Shown: positions 38,767 to 47,472 of the stretch, piece by piece | How the letters are laid out: each line of letters begins with the position of its first letter | How positions within the stretch are numbered: position 1 is the first letter of the stretch | Origin: Gammaproteobacteria bacterium | GTDB lineage: Bacteria > Pseudomonadota > Gammaproteobacteria > Steroidobacterales > Steroidobacteraceae | Direction of reading: 5' to 3' | Assembly (NCBI GenBank): GCA_043738945.1 | Contig: JAYUFB010000080.1 | Location: 49,697 to 113,696 of the forward strand | DNA: 64,000 nucleotides | Program-made: the position numbers and the translations under genes | Notes under the pieces: model-generated | Seen by the model: the letters and a program-made list of their open reading frames with translations, nothing else | Databases searched by the model: none | What the model was told of the DNA's origin: nothing

Positions 38767-39020
38767 CGCTCGCAACACTACAGACCCGCTTAGTATGTCC
38801 TTTCTGCGGACCGAGACAATTGAGCGAATTCGTATTTCACAAGACTTTGCCCCCAGCGAATGCTTCCCGCTTCGCCAAGGTCTATGAGCGCATTGATACC
38901 CCGCACTTGAGTATCGAGCATTGGCAGCACGTCCGCGGCTGCCGTAGTTGGCTACGCGTGCACCGCAATCCATCGAGTGGCGCCGTTCTCGAAATAAATC
39001 TACTCAGCGCCGCCACATGA
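38763..39020 (+). CDS. soxD: sarcosine oxidase family, delta subunit
   Basis: 85 aa with LVCPFCGPRQLSEFVF and a later H..H..C zinc-site pattern. ATGA overlaps on both sides. Confidence 0.85.
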   Translation: MTLATLQTRLVCPFCGPRQLSEFVFHKTLPPANASRFAKVYERIDTPHLSIEHWQHVRGCRSWLRVHRNPSSGAVLEINLLSAAT

Positions 39021-41962
39021 GCGCTCGAGCAGGCACACGCGGCGTACGGATTGGAACACGAATCGCCAGCGAATCGATACGATTTAGTTTTGACGGCCAG
39101 GAGTACCTCGGCCAAGCCGGCGACACCGCCGCCTCCGCGTTACTCGCCAATGGTGTGCGCGCGATGGGCCGTAGTGTCAAGTACCGCAGGCTGCGCGGAC
39201 TACTCGCGGCAGGGCCCGAAGAGCCCAACGCGCTTTTGACCGTGGGCAATTTTCCTAATGTCATTCCCAATGTATCCGCGCCCCAATTGGTCTTGCGGAA
39301 CGGTATGATTTTACGTAGTCAGAATCGCTGGCCGAGTTTGAAGTTCGATGTAGCATCTTTGTTGCAAGCGGGCGGCGGCTTATTGGGTGCGGGCTTTTAC
39401 TACAAAACATTTATGTGGCCCTCTTGGAAAACCTACGAAAGACTAATCCGCAATCTAGCCGGTCTCGGTGAAGCACCAGGTGCGTGTACGCTGCCTCCTC
39501 CCAAAATAATGTATGCCAGTTGCGATGTGCTGATAGCAGGTGCCGGCCCTGCGGGACTTGCTGCTGCACTGGCTGCCGCCCGCAACGGCGCAAACGTGTG
39601 GCTGTTCGAGCGGGAACCTGCGGTAGGCGGCGAGCTGGAATTTGAAACGAGTGAAGTCGATGGCCTGCCAGCCCAGCAGTGGATTGCCGCAACACTCGCA
39701 GAACTAGCACAACGCGGCGCAAAGATATTCACCAACACGACCATCATGGGAGGCTCTAGCGATCTAATCATTGCACATCGAGAAGCGGGCGGAATTCCTG
39801 GGGACAACACGGTGTACCGCATAAACCCTCGCGCGATGGTGGCCGCTATGGGCGCGGTGGAACGACCCATTGCCTTTGCGGGTAATGATCGCCCCGGCGT
39901 CATGCTCATCAATGCCGCCGAGAAATACTTAGCTCGCTACGGCGTGAAAGTGGGCAGCGATCTGGTGCTATTTGCCAATCATGATCGTGTTTATGCCGCC
40001 GCCGCGCGCTTACAAGCCGGTGGCATGCGCATCCGCGCCATCATCGATACTCGCCGCACAGCCTCGGAAGCGATCCCCTTACGCGCCGATCTCATGCGTA
40101 GTGGAATCCATTGTTTACTGAATACGGCGGTTCTCGCTACGACAGGTCGCCAACGCATCACTGGGGTAAAAATCGCACCACTCGATGCGCCACACCAAGC
40201 ACGTATCCTACCCTGCGATACTGTTCTAGTTGGCGGCGGATGGTCGGCACCCACCCATCAATCGGCACAATCGCACTTCATCGCGGGTGCTGAACACGGC
40301 TGTCTCGAACTCAGCGCCGCCCTGAATGATGGGTATACGGCAGGCCGCACCGCCGCCGCCGTCGCCGGTAAAATGAACCTGCCCGGGGCTGCGCCTAGAG
40401 GCCACGGCGACATGACGCCCCAGCTCGTGCCCTTCTGGCGCTCACCCAGCGACCCCACTCGCGAAAAAAACCAATTCGTCGATTTGCAAAATGACGTCAC
40501 CGTAGCCGATCTGCGCGCCGCGCTTAGCGAAGGGTTTAACGACATTGAGCACGTGAAGCGTTACACCACCCTCGGTGTAGGTACCGAGCAAGGTCGCACC
40601 AGCGGCTTGCTGGGCGCAAGTATCGTGGCGGAATTGAAAGGCGAACTCCTCACACAGGTCGCCACAAGTCGCGCGCGTCCGCCTTATTATCCGATGACCT
40701 TAAGTTCGCTCGCGGGACTGCGCGTTGGCGCGGCGCTGCGACCGACCCGCAGGACAGCGCTGCATCAATGGCATGAATCGAACGGGGGTGTATTGGAGTC
40801 CACAGGCCTTTGGATGCGGCCTCGATACTATCGGGCGAATGGCCTGGACGCCTTCACCGCAGGGGTTGCGGAAGCTAAACGAGTGCGTAGCATCGGCGGC
40901 ATCATCGATAGCTCGACGCTGGGGAAAATCGAAGTGGTAGGCCCCAATGCGGCAGCCTTCCTCGATACGCTGTACCTCACCAAGGCTAGCACTATTAAAA
41001 TAGGCCGCAGTAAGTACATGGTGAATTTGCGCGAGGACGGCATGGTGTTGGACGACGGTATTGTGCTGCGTCTTGCAAGCAATCGATTCCTAGCTACGGT
41101 GAGCTCGGGACATGCCGAACATATGCTCTCGCACTTTGAGTACTACTGTGTTGAGGGGCACGATTCCGCGATTACGGGCGCTGCCGCGATTTCGCGGACC
41201 CGCGCGGTCTCAGTCACCGATGTGACGGAGAGTTGGTCGGTGATTGCAGTGGCTGGGGCCACCAGCCTAAGCGCTCTAGCCCAAGTCTTAGGCAACGAGT
41301 GGCAAACAAGCCTCGCGCAACTGTCGCATATGGATTTCGCACTAGGCGTATTCCAAGGTCGCGATATCAAGGTACTGCGCGCAAGCTTTTCGGGTGAGCT
41401 TGCATTCGAGTTGCATTGCCGCCCGGCCATTGCGCTCACGCTATGGGAAGGCCTGATTGCCGCCGGTCTTTCACCCTATGGGCTCGAAGCTCTCGATATT
41501 TTACGCGTGGAAAAAGGTTACTTGGTGAGTTCCGAGATCAACGGTCAAACCACTCCCTTTGATCTCGGCATGGACGGACTTGTTAAAATAGGCAATCACT
41601 GTGTGGGTCGCGAATTGCTCGATCGACCTGCGTTTCATGAAGCATCAAGGCCGCGCCTCGTGGGTCTTAAAGCAGTTGATGGTAAATCCAAATTTCTGGG
41701 CGGCGCGCAGCTACTCAGTACCTTATCGCCTCGTCCCTGCGGTCACGTGACTTCTACGGTTTATAGCCCGACCTTCAATGAATGGATCGGCTTAGGACTA
41801 GTCGCTCGAAATCTAGAGCTTGGCACCACCTTGATTGCCAAAGATCCACTGCGCAGCGGCAACACCCGAGTGCTATTGGTGCCCCCGGTGCACTTTGATC
41901 CGAGCGGTGCTCGGATGAAATCTGTGCAACAAACCCAAAGTAAATCCGCAGTACCGCCATGA
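39017..41962 (+). CDS. soxA: sarcosine oxidase family, alpha subunit (NAD/FMN and folate-binding GcvT-like domain)
   Basis: N-terminus FSFDGQEYLGQAGDTAASALLANGVRAMGRSVKYRRLRGLL..EEPNAL. Dinucleotide motif CDVLIAGAGPAGLAAAL. C-terminal aminomethyltransferase-like region. ATG 39017 overlaps the soxD stop. Confidence 0.9.
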   Translation: MSARAGTRGVRIGTRIASESIRFSFDGQEYLGQAGDTAASALLANGVRAMGRSVKYRRLRGLLAAGPEEPNALLTVGNFPNVIPNVSAPQLVLRNGMILRSQNRWPSLKFDVASLLQAGGGLLGAGFYYKTFMWPSWKTYERLIRNLAGLGEAPGACTLPPPKIMYASCDVLIAGAGPAGLAAALAAARNGANVWLFEREPAVGGELEFETSEVDGLPAQQWIAATLAELAQRGAKIFTNTTIMGGSSDLIIAHREAGGIPGDNTVYRINPRAMVAAMGAVERPIAFAGNDRPGVMLINAAEKYLARYGVKVGSDLVLFANHDRVYAAAARLQAGGMRIRAIIDTRRTASEAIPLRADLMRSGIHCLLNTAVLATTGRQRITGVKIAPLDAPHQARILPCDTVLVGGGWSAPTHQSAQSHFIAGAEHGCLELSAALNDGYTAGRTAAAVAGKMNLPGAAPRGHGDMTPQLVPFWRSPSDPTREKNQFVDLQNDVTVADLRAALSEGFNDIEHVKRYTTLGVGTEQGRTSGLLGASIVAELKGELLTQVATSRARPPYYPMTLSSLAGLRVGAALRPTRRTALHQWHESNGGVLESTGLWMRPRYYRANGLDAFTAGVAEAKRVRSIGGIIDSSTLGKIEVVGPNAAAFLDTLYLTKASTIKIGRSKYMVNLREDGMVLDDGIVLRLASNRFLATVSSGHAEHMLSHFEYYCVEGHDSAITGAAAISRTRAVSVTDVTESWSVIAVAGATSLSALAQVLGNEWQTSLAQLSHMDFALGVFQGRDIKVLRASFSGELAFELHCRPAIALTLWEGLIAAGLSPYGLEALDILRVEKGYLVSSEINGQTTPFDLGMDGLVKIGNHCVGRELLDRPAFHEASRPRLVGLKAVDGKSKFLGGAQLLSTLSPRPCGHVTSTVYSPTFNEWIGLGLVARNLELGTTLIAKDPLRSGNTRVLLVPPVHFDPSGARMKSVQQTQSKSAVPP

Positions 41963-42441
41963 GTCACGCGCTCTTCAATGATTTTTCCTGCCAATTGGAG
42001 GAAATGCCGTCTTCAAGGGATTATGAGTTCATTGCATTTGGCGAGGTAGCCGATGAAGGAGTGCCCGGTGAAAGCGGGCCAGGTGACTCGGCGTTGCTGC
42101 CCATCGCACCCGGCCGCTGGTTTGCGCCCTCTCCCGACGCCGCGGTGCAATCATTCCTTGAGGCTGCAATCCACGCAGATTCAGGCACCGTGATTGATAT
42201 CAGCGGCAAGTGGCACGCGATGACGCTCATCGGCAGCGGCGCGAGCCGCTTACTCGCCAGCAGCATCGACATCGAAGCCGTATTACACAACCGCTCCTGT
42301 GCCGCACTGGCGTTGTTCGACTGCCCCGCGATCGTCGCGCGCAAACCCACGGGATTTTCGATCTGGGTACACTCCAGCTACGCCGCTCATTTTGTGAGGG
42401 TCATTCAAGAGCTGGGGGCAAGTCTAATCGCGCGCAAATAG
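41959..42441 (+). CDS. soxG: sarcosine oxidase family, gamma subunit
   Basis: 160 aa in the fourth position of the soxBDAG order, with an ATGA overlap. The DISGKWHAMTLIGSGASRLL pattern is typical of SoxG. It is somewhat shorter than usual. Confidence 0.75.
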   Translation: MSHALFNDFSCQLEEMPSSRDYEFIAFGEVADEGVPGESGPGDSALLPIAPGRWFAPSPDAAVQSFLEAAIHADSGTVIDISGKWHAMTLIGSGASRLLASSIDIEAVLHNRSCAALALFDCPAIVARKPTGFSIWVHSSYAAHFVRVIQELGASLIARK

Positions 42442-42469
42442 CATCTACCACTGATGCCTATAGTTTTTC

Positions 42470-42709
42470 CTAAAGCTTTAGATGCGTACCGTCGCACAAC
42501 GGTGCTTTGTGCGTGTGCTTGCATCCGCAAAAAAACACCGTGGTTGACTGCGACGCGGTATATTTCACCGGTGCGAATTCACTGCCCTTATGACTACCAT
42601 CACAAAACGGTTGTTTAGCGCTCTTGCCACAGGCGCACCAAAAGTAGATCTTACCCGCTTCAACCTCGACGGCGTAGGGACTCTTTTGGGCAATCGTCGG
42701 GCTTGTCAT
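42470..42709 (-). CDS. CDGSH iron-sulfur domain protein (two CDGSH motifs)
   Basis: CACGKSAKQPFCDGSH and CGCKHTHKAPLCDGTH. GGAGA Shine-Dalgarno sequence 7 nt before ATG 42709. Same strand as, and immediately downstream of, the GS-like gene. Confidence 0.88.
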   Translation of the reverse strand: MTSPTIAQKSPYAVEVEAGKIYFWCACGKSAKQPFCDGSHKGSEFAPVKYTASQSTTVFFCGCKHTHKAPLCDGTHLKL

Positions 42710-42760
42710 GTCAGCATCTCCGTGGCAAAGCATAGACCGTAGTTCGGACCCACTGCTGTG

Positions 42761-44044
42761 TCAAATATAATTAATGTAATAGTCTCTAAGGGCATCGCCT
42801 TGCAAGTTTTCGGTCTCTTTGATTTCCGCCCGCTTTATCGCCACATGGTTTGCCACCAAAGTGTCGCCCATGCATTTTACAAACACCTTGTCGGCTTCAA
42901 GCGCACTGAGCGCCGCACCGAGACTCTCAGGCACGCCCTCGGTGGCATCAGTTTGACTAAGACAATCGCCGGTCTCAGGTGGCGGGAGTTCATATTTTCC
43001 GGTGTGCCCCAACTTTGCCGCCTGCAGCACCGCCGCCACTAACACATAGGGATTGGACGCCGCATCGCCCATACGATGCTCAATACGCGCGCGGGTCCCA
43101 CCCTGTGCCGATATGCGAGTGGTGACCCCGCGATGATCGACGGCCCAGTTGCGCCAATAGCCCGACATTGACCCCGGTTTTAATCGCTGATAGGAATTAA
43201 CGGTCGGAGCCACCAGTGCGCACATCCCTTGGTGATGCCGCATCAGGCCAGCCACCGAACTGCGCGCAACTGGCGAAAGATTCGAGCCGTGGCCATCCGC
43301 AATCACGTTATGACCCGACGAGTCATTAAACGAGAAATTCACATGCAAACCGCTTCCTCCTTTATTGAGAATGGGCTTCGGCATAAAAGTCAGCAGCAAA
43401 CCATGTTCAAACGCCACTTCACGAGCCATTAACCGGAACAGAAAAGCGTCATCCACCGCTTGCAGCGCATCGTCATAGACAAGCGTAAACTCTAATTGCG
43501 GAGCGTCGAACTCTGAGGTCATGCATTCCACTTTGAAGCCGCGCGATTCCGCCCGATGCCAAAGGTTGTCGGTGAATCGGCGCGGATCACAAGCGGGTCC
43601 GGTGCTGTACACATAAGCACCCGGCGTGTCATACGGCGCTAACTTGCCTGCTTCGTTGCGCTCAAATACATAGGCCTCAAGCTCTAAGCCAACCTTGGGG
43701 TTAAACCCTAACGCACGCCATTCGTTCACTGTGCGCTTAAGCAATTGACGCCCACACATCGGCAGAGGCGATCCATCGGTTTCATTAAGATCCGCGATCA
43801 CCACCGACGTGTCCATTTCCCACCCAGCGCGTACATCAGCCGCGGTAAACACCGCGTCCATGTCGGGCATTCCCTGTAACATCTTAGTACCGGGGGCCGG
43901 AATTAAATCCTTGCCGTAAGTCAGTGCATAGGTCGCCTGAGCAAATCGCGAGGCACCCCCACTTTTCTTGGAGGCGGGAAGGTATTTACCGCGCGCCAGA
44001 TTCAAATGATCACAAAATAATAATCTGAGTCGCTCATCAGCCAC
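42761..44044 (-). CDS. glutamine synthetase-like gamma-glutamyl-amine ligase (PuuA/GmaS/IpuC-like)
   Basis: 427 aa with a GS catalytic domain (KVGLELEAYVF, FDAPQLEFTL, MPKPILNKGGSGLHVNFS, NSYQRL, RIEHRMGDAASNPY). The N-terminal domain is short, as in amine-ligating GS paralogues. Confidence 0.85.
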   Translation of the reverse strand: MADERLRLLFCDHLNLARGKYLPASKKSGGASRFAQATYALTYGKDLIPAPGTKMLQGMPDMDAVFTAADVRAGWEMDTSVVIADLNETDGSPLPMCGRQLLKRTVNEWRALGFNPKVGLELEAYVFERNEAGKLAPYDTPGAYVYSTGPACDPRRFTDNLWHRAESRGFKVECMTSEFDAPQLEFTLVYDDALQAVDDAFLFRLMAREVAFEHGLLLTFMPKPILNKGGSGLHVNFSFNDSSGHNVIADGHGSNLSPVARSSVAGLMRHHQGMCALVAPTVNSYQRLKPGSMSGYWRNWAVDHRGVTTRISAQGGTRARIEHRMGDAASNPYVLVAAVLQAAKLGHTGKYELPPPETGDCLSQTDATEGVPESLGAALSALEADKVFVKCMGDTLVANHVAIKRAEIKETENLQGDALRDYYINYI

Positions 44045-44056
44045 TTAATTTCTCCC

Positions 44057-45319
44057 TTAACGCAACTTCACACGTACTGGCAATTTTTTAATACCACCCA
44101 CAAAATTAGAGCGCAAATAAGCATGGGCGCCGACCTGCTCGAGACTTACCACTCGTCTTACAAATTCCTGTAATAGCAAGCGCACTTCCAGTCGCGCCAA
44201 CCACATGCCTAGGCATACATGCGCTCCGCCCTGCCCGAATGCAACATGTCGATTAGGCGAACGCCCCGGATCGACTTCAAAAGGATTTTGAAAAGCCGCC
44301 TCATCGCGGTTAGCCGAGACAAACCACAGCAGTACCTTATCGCCTCTGTGAATAATTTTGCCGTGCATTTCGCCGTCGCGACTTGCCGTACGACGAAAAT
44401 ACATCGCGGGACTAGCCCAGCGAATAAATTCATCAGGCGCAGTGTTCCAGAGTTCGGAACCGCCCTCCTGCAATTGCTCTAGTAGTGCTGGGCGATTTGC
44501 CATCGCATGCAGGGCCGCCGAAATCGAATAGCGCGTAGTGTCGTTACCGGCTGCGACCAACAAACAAAAGAAGTTCCGGAACTCATGCTCAGGAATCACA
44601 TTGCCTTTGGCATCGGGTTGCAAAATGATACCGAGCACACCCGTATCGTCGCCGCTACGTCGTTTTTGTTCCATTAATGACTTCGCGTATTCATAAAGTT
44701 CGGCTCCTGCGGGCGAGCGAAACGGCATAAAACGGAAAGCCTCGGTATCGGTTTTGTCCAAGACATGAGCGGTGTACTCAGGATCGGTGTTGCTTATCAA
44801 CTCATCACCCTTGCGAACCAACCAATCAAGATCCGACTGCGGGGTACCAATAATTTGGCCTAACATACGCATGGGGAGTTGTCTTGCGATCTCGTGAACC
44901 GCATCAAACTCACTGCTAGCTAAGGCTTTATCTAAAATCTCATTGCATAGCTCGCGAATCTGGGCGTCGAATTGATCAATCACCGGACGAGTGAACGCCT
45001 TGCTGACGCGAATTCGCACATCGGTATGCTCAGGCGGATCGGTTTCCTGAAACGTACGTCGCGCCAAATATTCCTCATAGCTCTGGTCTTCCATGCGGAT
45101 GCCGCGCGCCGAGCTCATCCATTTATAGTCGCGCAATAGTTGCGATACATCGGCATGACGAGTCACCGACCAAAATCCAGTGCCCGCCGGATATTCACAC
45201 CAAGCCAGCGGATCTTCGCGCCTTAATCGCGAAAAAGTATTCTGTGGCGCTCCGTTGGTAAAGCTATCGTGACTGGAAAGGTCGGCGTGCCCATCGTCGG
45301 TCGGAACCCACACTGTCAT
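44057..45319 (-). CDS. cytochrome P450 monooxygenase (class I bacterial type)
   Basis: Heme-thiolate loop FGQGGAHVCLG, I-helix LLVAAGNDTT and an ExxR region. 12-nt gap to the GS-like gene. Confidence 0.92.
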   Translation of the reverse strand: MTVWVPTDDGHADLSSHDSFTNGAPQNTFSRLRREDPLAWCEYPAGTGFWSVTRHADVSQLLRDYKWMSSARGIRMEDQSYEEYLARRTFQETDPPEHTDVRIRVSKAFTRPVIDQFDAQIRELCNEILDKALASSEFDAVHEIARQLPMRMLGQIIGTPQSDLDWLVRKGDELISNTDPEYTAHVLDKTDTEAFRFMPFRSPAGAELYEYAKSLMEQKRRSGDDTGVLGIILQPDAKGNVIPEHEFRNFFCLLVAAGNDTTRYSISAALHAMANRPALLEQLQEGGSELWNTAPDEFIRWASPAMYFRRTASRDGEMHGKIIHRGDKVLLWFVSANRDEAAFQNPFEVDPGRSPNRHVAFGQGGAHVCLGMWLARLEVRLLLQEFVRRVVSLEQVGAHAYLRSNFVGGIKKLPVRVKLR

Positions 45320-45412
45320 GTTGACTTAACCCCCCTCTACCCAGAGCACGAATAACGCGCTTCAGAATATCATTGCATTGACAACGAAACAAACAGATCT
45401 AAGATAGTAAGT

Positions 45413-46114
45413 ATGAGCCACCGAATTGCCGTACTACTCACCAGTAATGACGAATCCGCTTTTGCCAAGCGCTTCCCTAACGACGGCGAAAAGGTAATTA
45501 CGCTGCTGCGCGCTCTGAGACCGGATTGGTCCTATCGAGTATGGTCAGTGAAGGACGGCGAATTCCCCTCAAGCACCGACGCAGACGGGTACATCATCAC
45601 AGGTAGCCCCGCCTCGGTACACGACCCGCTGGATTGGATAGCGCGCTTAACTGCCCTGATCTGCGAGCTGCATAGCCGACGGGCACCTTTAGTGGGGCTT
45701 TGCTTCGGTCATCAAGCCATTGCGCTAGCGCTCGGCGGTCGGGTTGAGAAAAGCCCCGGCGGTTGGCGTATGGGAATCGCTGCAACTCATTTTTCTAAAA
45801 AGTTACCCTGGATGGCACCCTACCACCCCACCCTCGAGCTATACGCATCGCATTCCGAGCAAGTCACTCAACTCCCGGCCACCGCTCAACGCCTCGGAGG
45901 CGATGACTTCTGCCCGATCGCTTCCTTCGTTTTAGACCAACACATCATGACTACGCAGTACCATCCAGAGTTCTCGCCCACCTTTATGTCGGAACTGACT
46001 GATGTACTAGTGCGGAAACTGCCCGCCGAAGTCATTGCACAAGCTCGCGAGGAACTAAAACGGGAAGCGCAAGGCGAAGTATTTGCCCAATGGATGGTGA
46101 AATTTTTGGAATGA
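45413..46114 (+). CDS. class-I glutamine amidotransferase-fold protein (candidate gamma-glutamyl-amide hydrolase)
   Basis: Nucleophile elbow GLCFGHQAIA and the His-Glu pair in QYHPE. It is a stand-alone 233-aa protein with no synthase domain. Divergent from the P450 operon with a 93-nt spacer. Confidence 0.8.
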   Translation: MSHRIAVLLTSNDESAFAKRFPNDGEKVITLLRALRPDWSYRVWSVKDGEFPSSTDADGYIITGSPASVHDPLDWIARLTALICELHSRRAPLVGLCFGHQAIALALGGRVEKSPGGWRMGIAATHFSKKLPWMAPYHPTLELYASHSEQVTQLPATAQRLGGDDFCPIASFVLDQHIMTTQYHPEFSPTFMSELTDVLVRKLPAEVIAQAREELKREAQGEVFAQWMVKFLE

Positions 46115-46136
46115 ATGAGCTTCGTTGACTTCAAAC

Positions 46137-47093
46137 CTAATATTGCTGACGCTGGTAGTTAACCGCCTCGCGGAACACATGCGCATGAAGCTGTGCGGTG
46201 CGCACCCGCGATTCAGCATAACCACCCGCCAATACAATAACCAACGGAATCCCGCGAGCGCGCACCGCCTCAATCACAGCACGATCACGGCTACTTATTC
46301 CCTGCTCAGTCAGTTTAAGTTTACCGTAACGATCACCCGCCGCGACGTCGACCCCCGCGAGGTAAAACACAATCTCAGGTTGACTCTCAAGCACAGCTGG
46401 CAAATGGCCGTGCAGGCTATCAAGATATGCGGCATCGCCGACACCACTGGGCAATGCTATATCGAGGCAAGAGCGCATTTTACGGGCGGGATAGTTCTGC
46501 TCGCCGTGCATTGAGAAGCTTAATACCTGGCCCACCCCTTCGAAAATAGCCGCAGTGCCATTACCTTGGTGGACATCAAGATCGATAATGGCTGCGCGGT
46601 CAATGAGTCCTTCCGCACGCAATTGAGTGATGGCAATAGCAACATCGTTCAGCACACAAAAACCCTCGCCGTGGTCAGCAAAGGCATGATGAGTCCCGCC
46701 TGCCAAGTTAGCAGCAAGACCTAACTTTAACGCCGTGCGCGCTGCTAGCAAGGTACCCCCAGCCGCAAGACGCGAACGCAACCATAGAGACTCCGACCAC
46801 GGAAAGCCCAGCAGTCGTTGCTCAGCCAAAGAAAGCTGAGAAGACTCTAATTTATCAAGGTACTCAGGAGTATGCACCTGTTCCAAAATCCACCTTTCGA
46901 GCGGCTCAGGAACCATCAAATCACCAGGGTGCAACACGCCTTCCGTCAATAGGAGTTCCATGAGCAATGGATATTTACTCATGGGGAAAGGATGCTGCGG
47001 TGAAAGCCCCAGTTGATATCCCGGGTGATAGCAATAACGCAAGCCGTGGCCCAGACCACTATTTAGGCTGAAATTCAGAAAATTTACTCTCAT
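46137..47093 (-). CDS. histone deacetylase-family amidohydrolase (acetylpolyamine/acetoin-utilisation type)
   Basis: GGTHHAFADHGEGFCVLND, IIDLDVHQGNG and YLAGVD motifs of the arginase/deacetylase fold. Confidence 0.88.
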   Translation of the reverse strand: MRVNFLNFSLNSGLGHGLRYCYHPGYQLGLSPQHPFPMSKYPLLMELLLTEGVLHPGDLMVPEPLERWILEQVHTPEYLDKLESSQLSLAEQRLLGFPWSESLWLRSRLAAGGTLLAARTALKLGLAANLAGGTHHAFADHGEGFCVLNDVAIAITQLRAEGLIDRAAIIDLDVHQGNGTAAIFEGVGQVLSFSMHGEQNYPARKMRSCLDIALPSGVGDAAYLDSLHGHLPAVLESQPEIVFYLAGVDVAAGDRYGKLKLTEQGISSRDRAVIEAVRARGIPLVIVLAGGYAESRVRTAQLHAHVFREAVNYQRQQY

Positions 47094-47139
47094 CGAAAAT
47101 TATGGCGTAATGTATATTTATTGGCATATACTATATTAT

Positions 47140-47165
47140 ATGTCACATAAATTTTTAAATGACAT
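47140..47165 (+). promoter_or_regulatory. palindrome ATGTCA-N14-TGACAT in the AT-rich vapBC upstream region (candidate operator)
   Basis: Perfect 6-bp inverted arms at 47140-47145 and 47160-47165. They sit 62-87 nt upstream of ATG 47227 in an intergenic stretch of about 20% GC. Confidence 0.3.
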
Positions 47166-47226
47166 CTTTTGTTGATAATGATATAAAATATAACTTTGAC
47201 CTGCCTACAACGGAGCAAGGTTACCT

Positions 47227-47472
47227 ATGACAGTACAAGTTATCGTCACACCCAACGGCCGAATGATTCTGCCATCCGGCATCCGCAAGCGTCTTGGCCT
47301 GTCGGGTGGCGGAGCCTTGTTGGTCGAAGAGACGCCCCATGGCGTAGTTCTGCGAACAGTGGGTCAGTCGATCGCTCATGCCCAAGCCTTGGCGCGAAAA
47401 TACACGTCCGGCAAGGCGGGTACATCAGTTGATGCATTTCTAACGAACCGGGTCGTAGAGAGTGGCGAATGA
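47227..47472 (+). CDS. vapB: AbrB/MazE/SpoVT-family antitoxin (VapB)
   Basis: The looped-hinge-helix signature VIVTPNGRMILPSGIRKRLGLSGGGALLVEETPHGVVLR. ATGA overlap with the PIN toxin gene. Confidence 0.88.
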   Translation: MTVQVIVTPNGRMILPSGIRKRLGLSGGGALLVEETPHGVVLRTVGQSIAHAQALARKYTSGKAGTSVDAFLTNRVVESGE

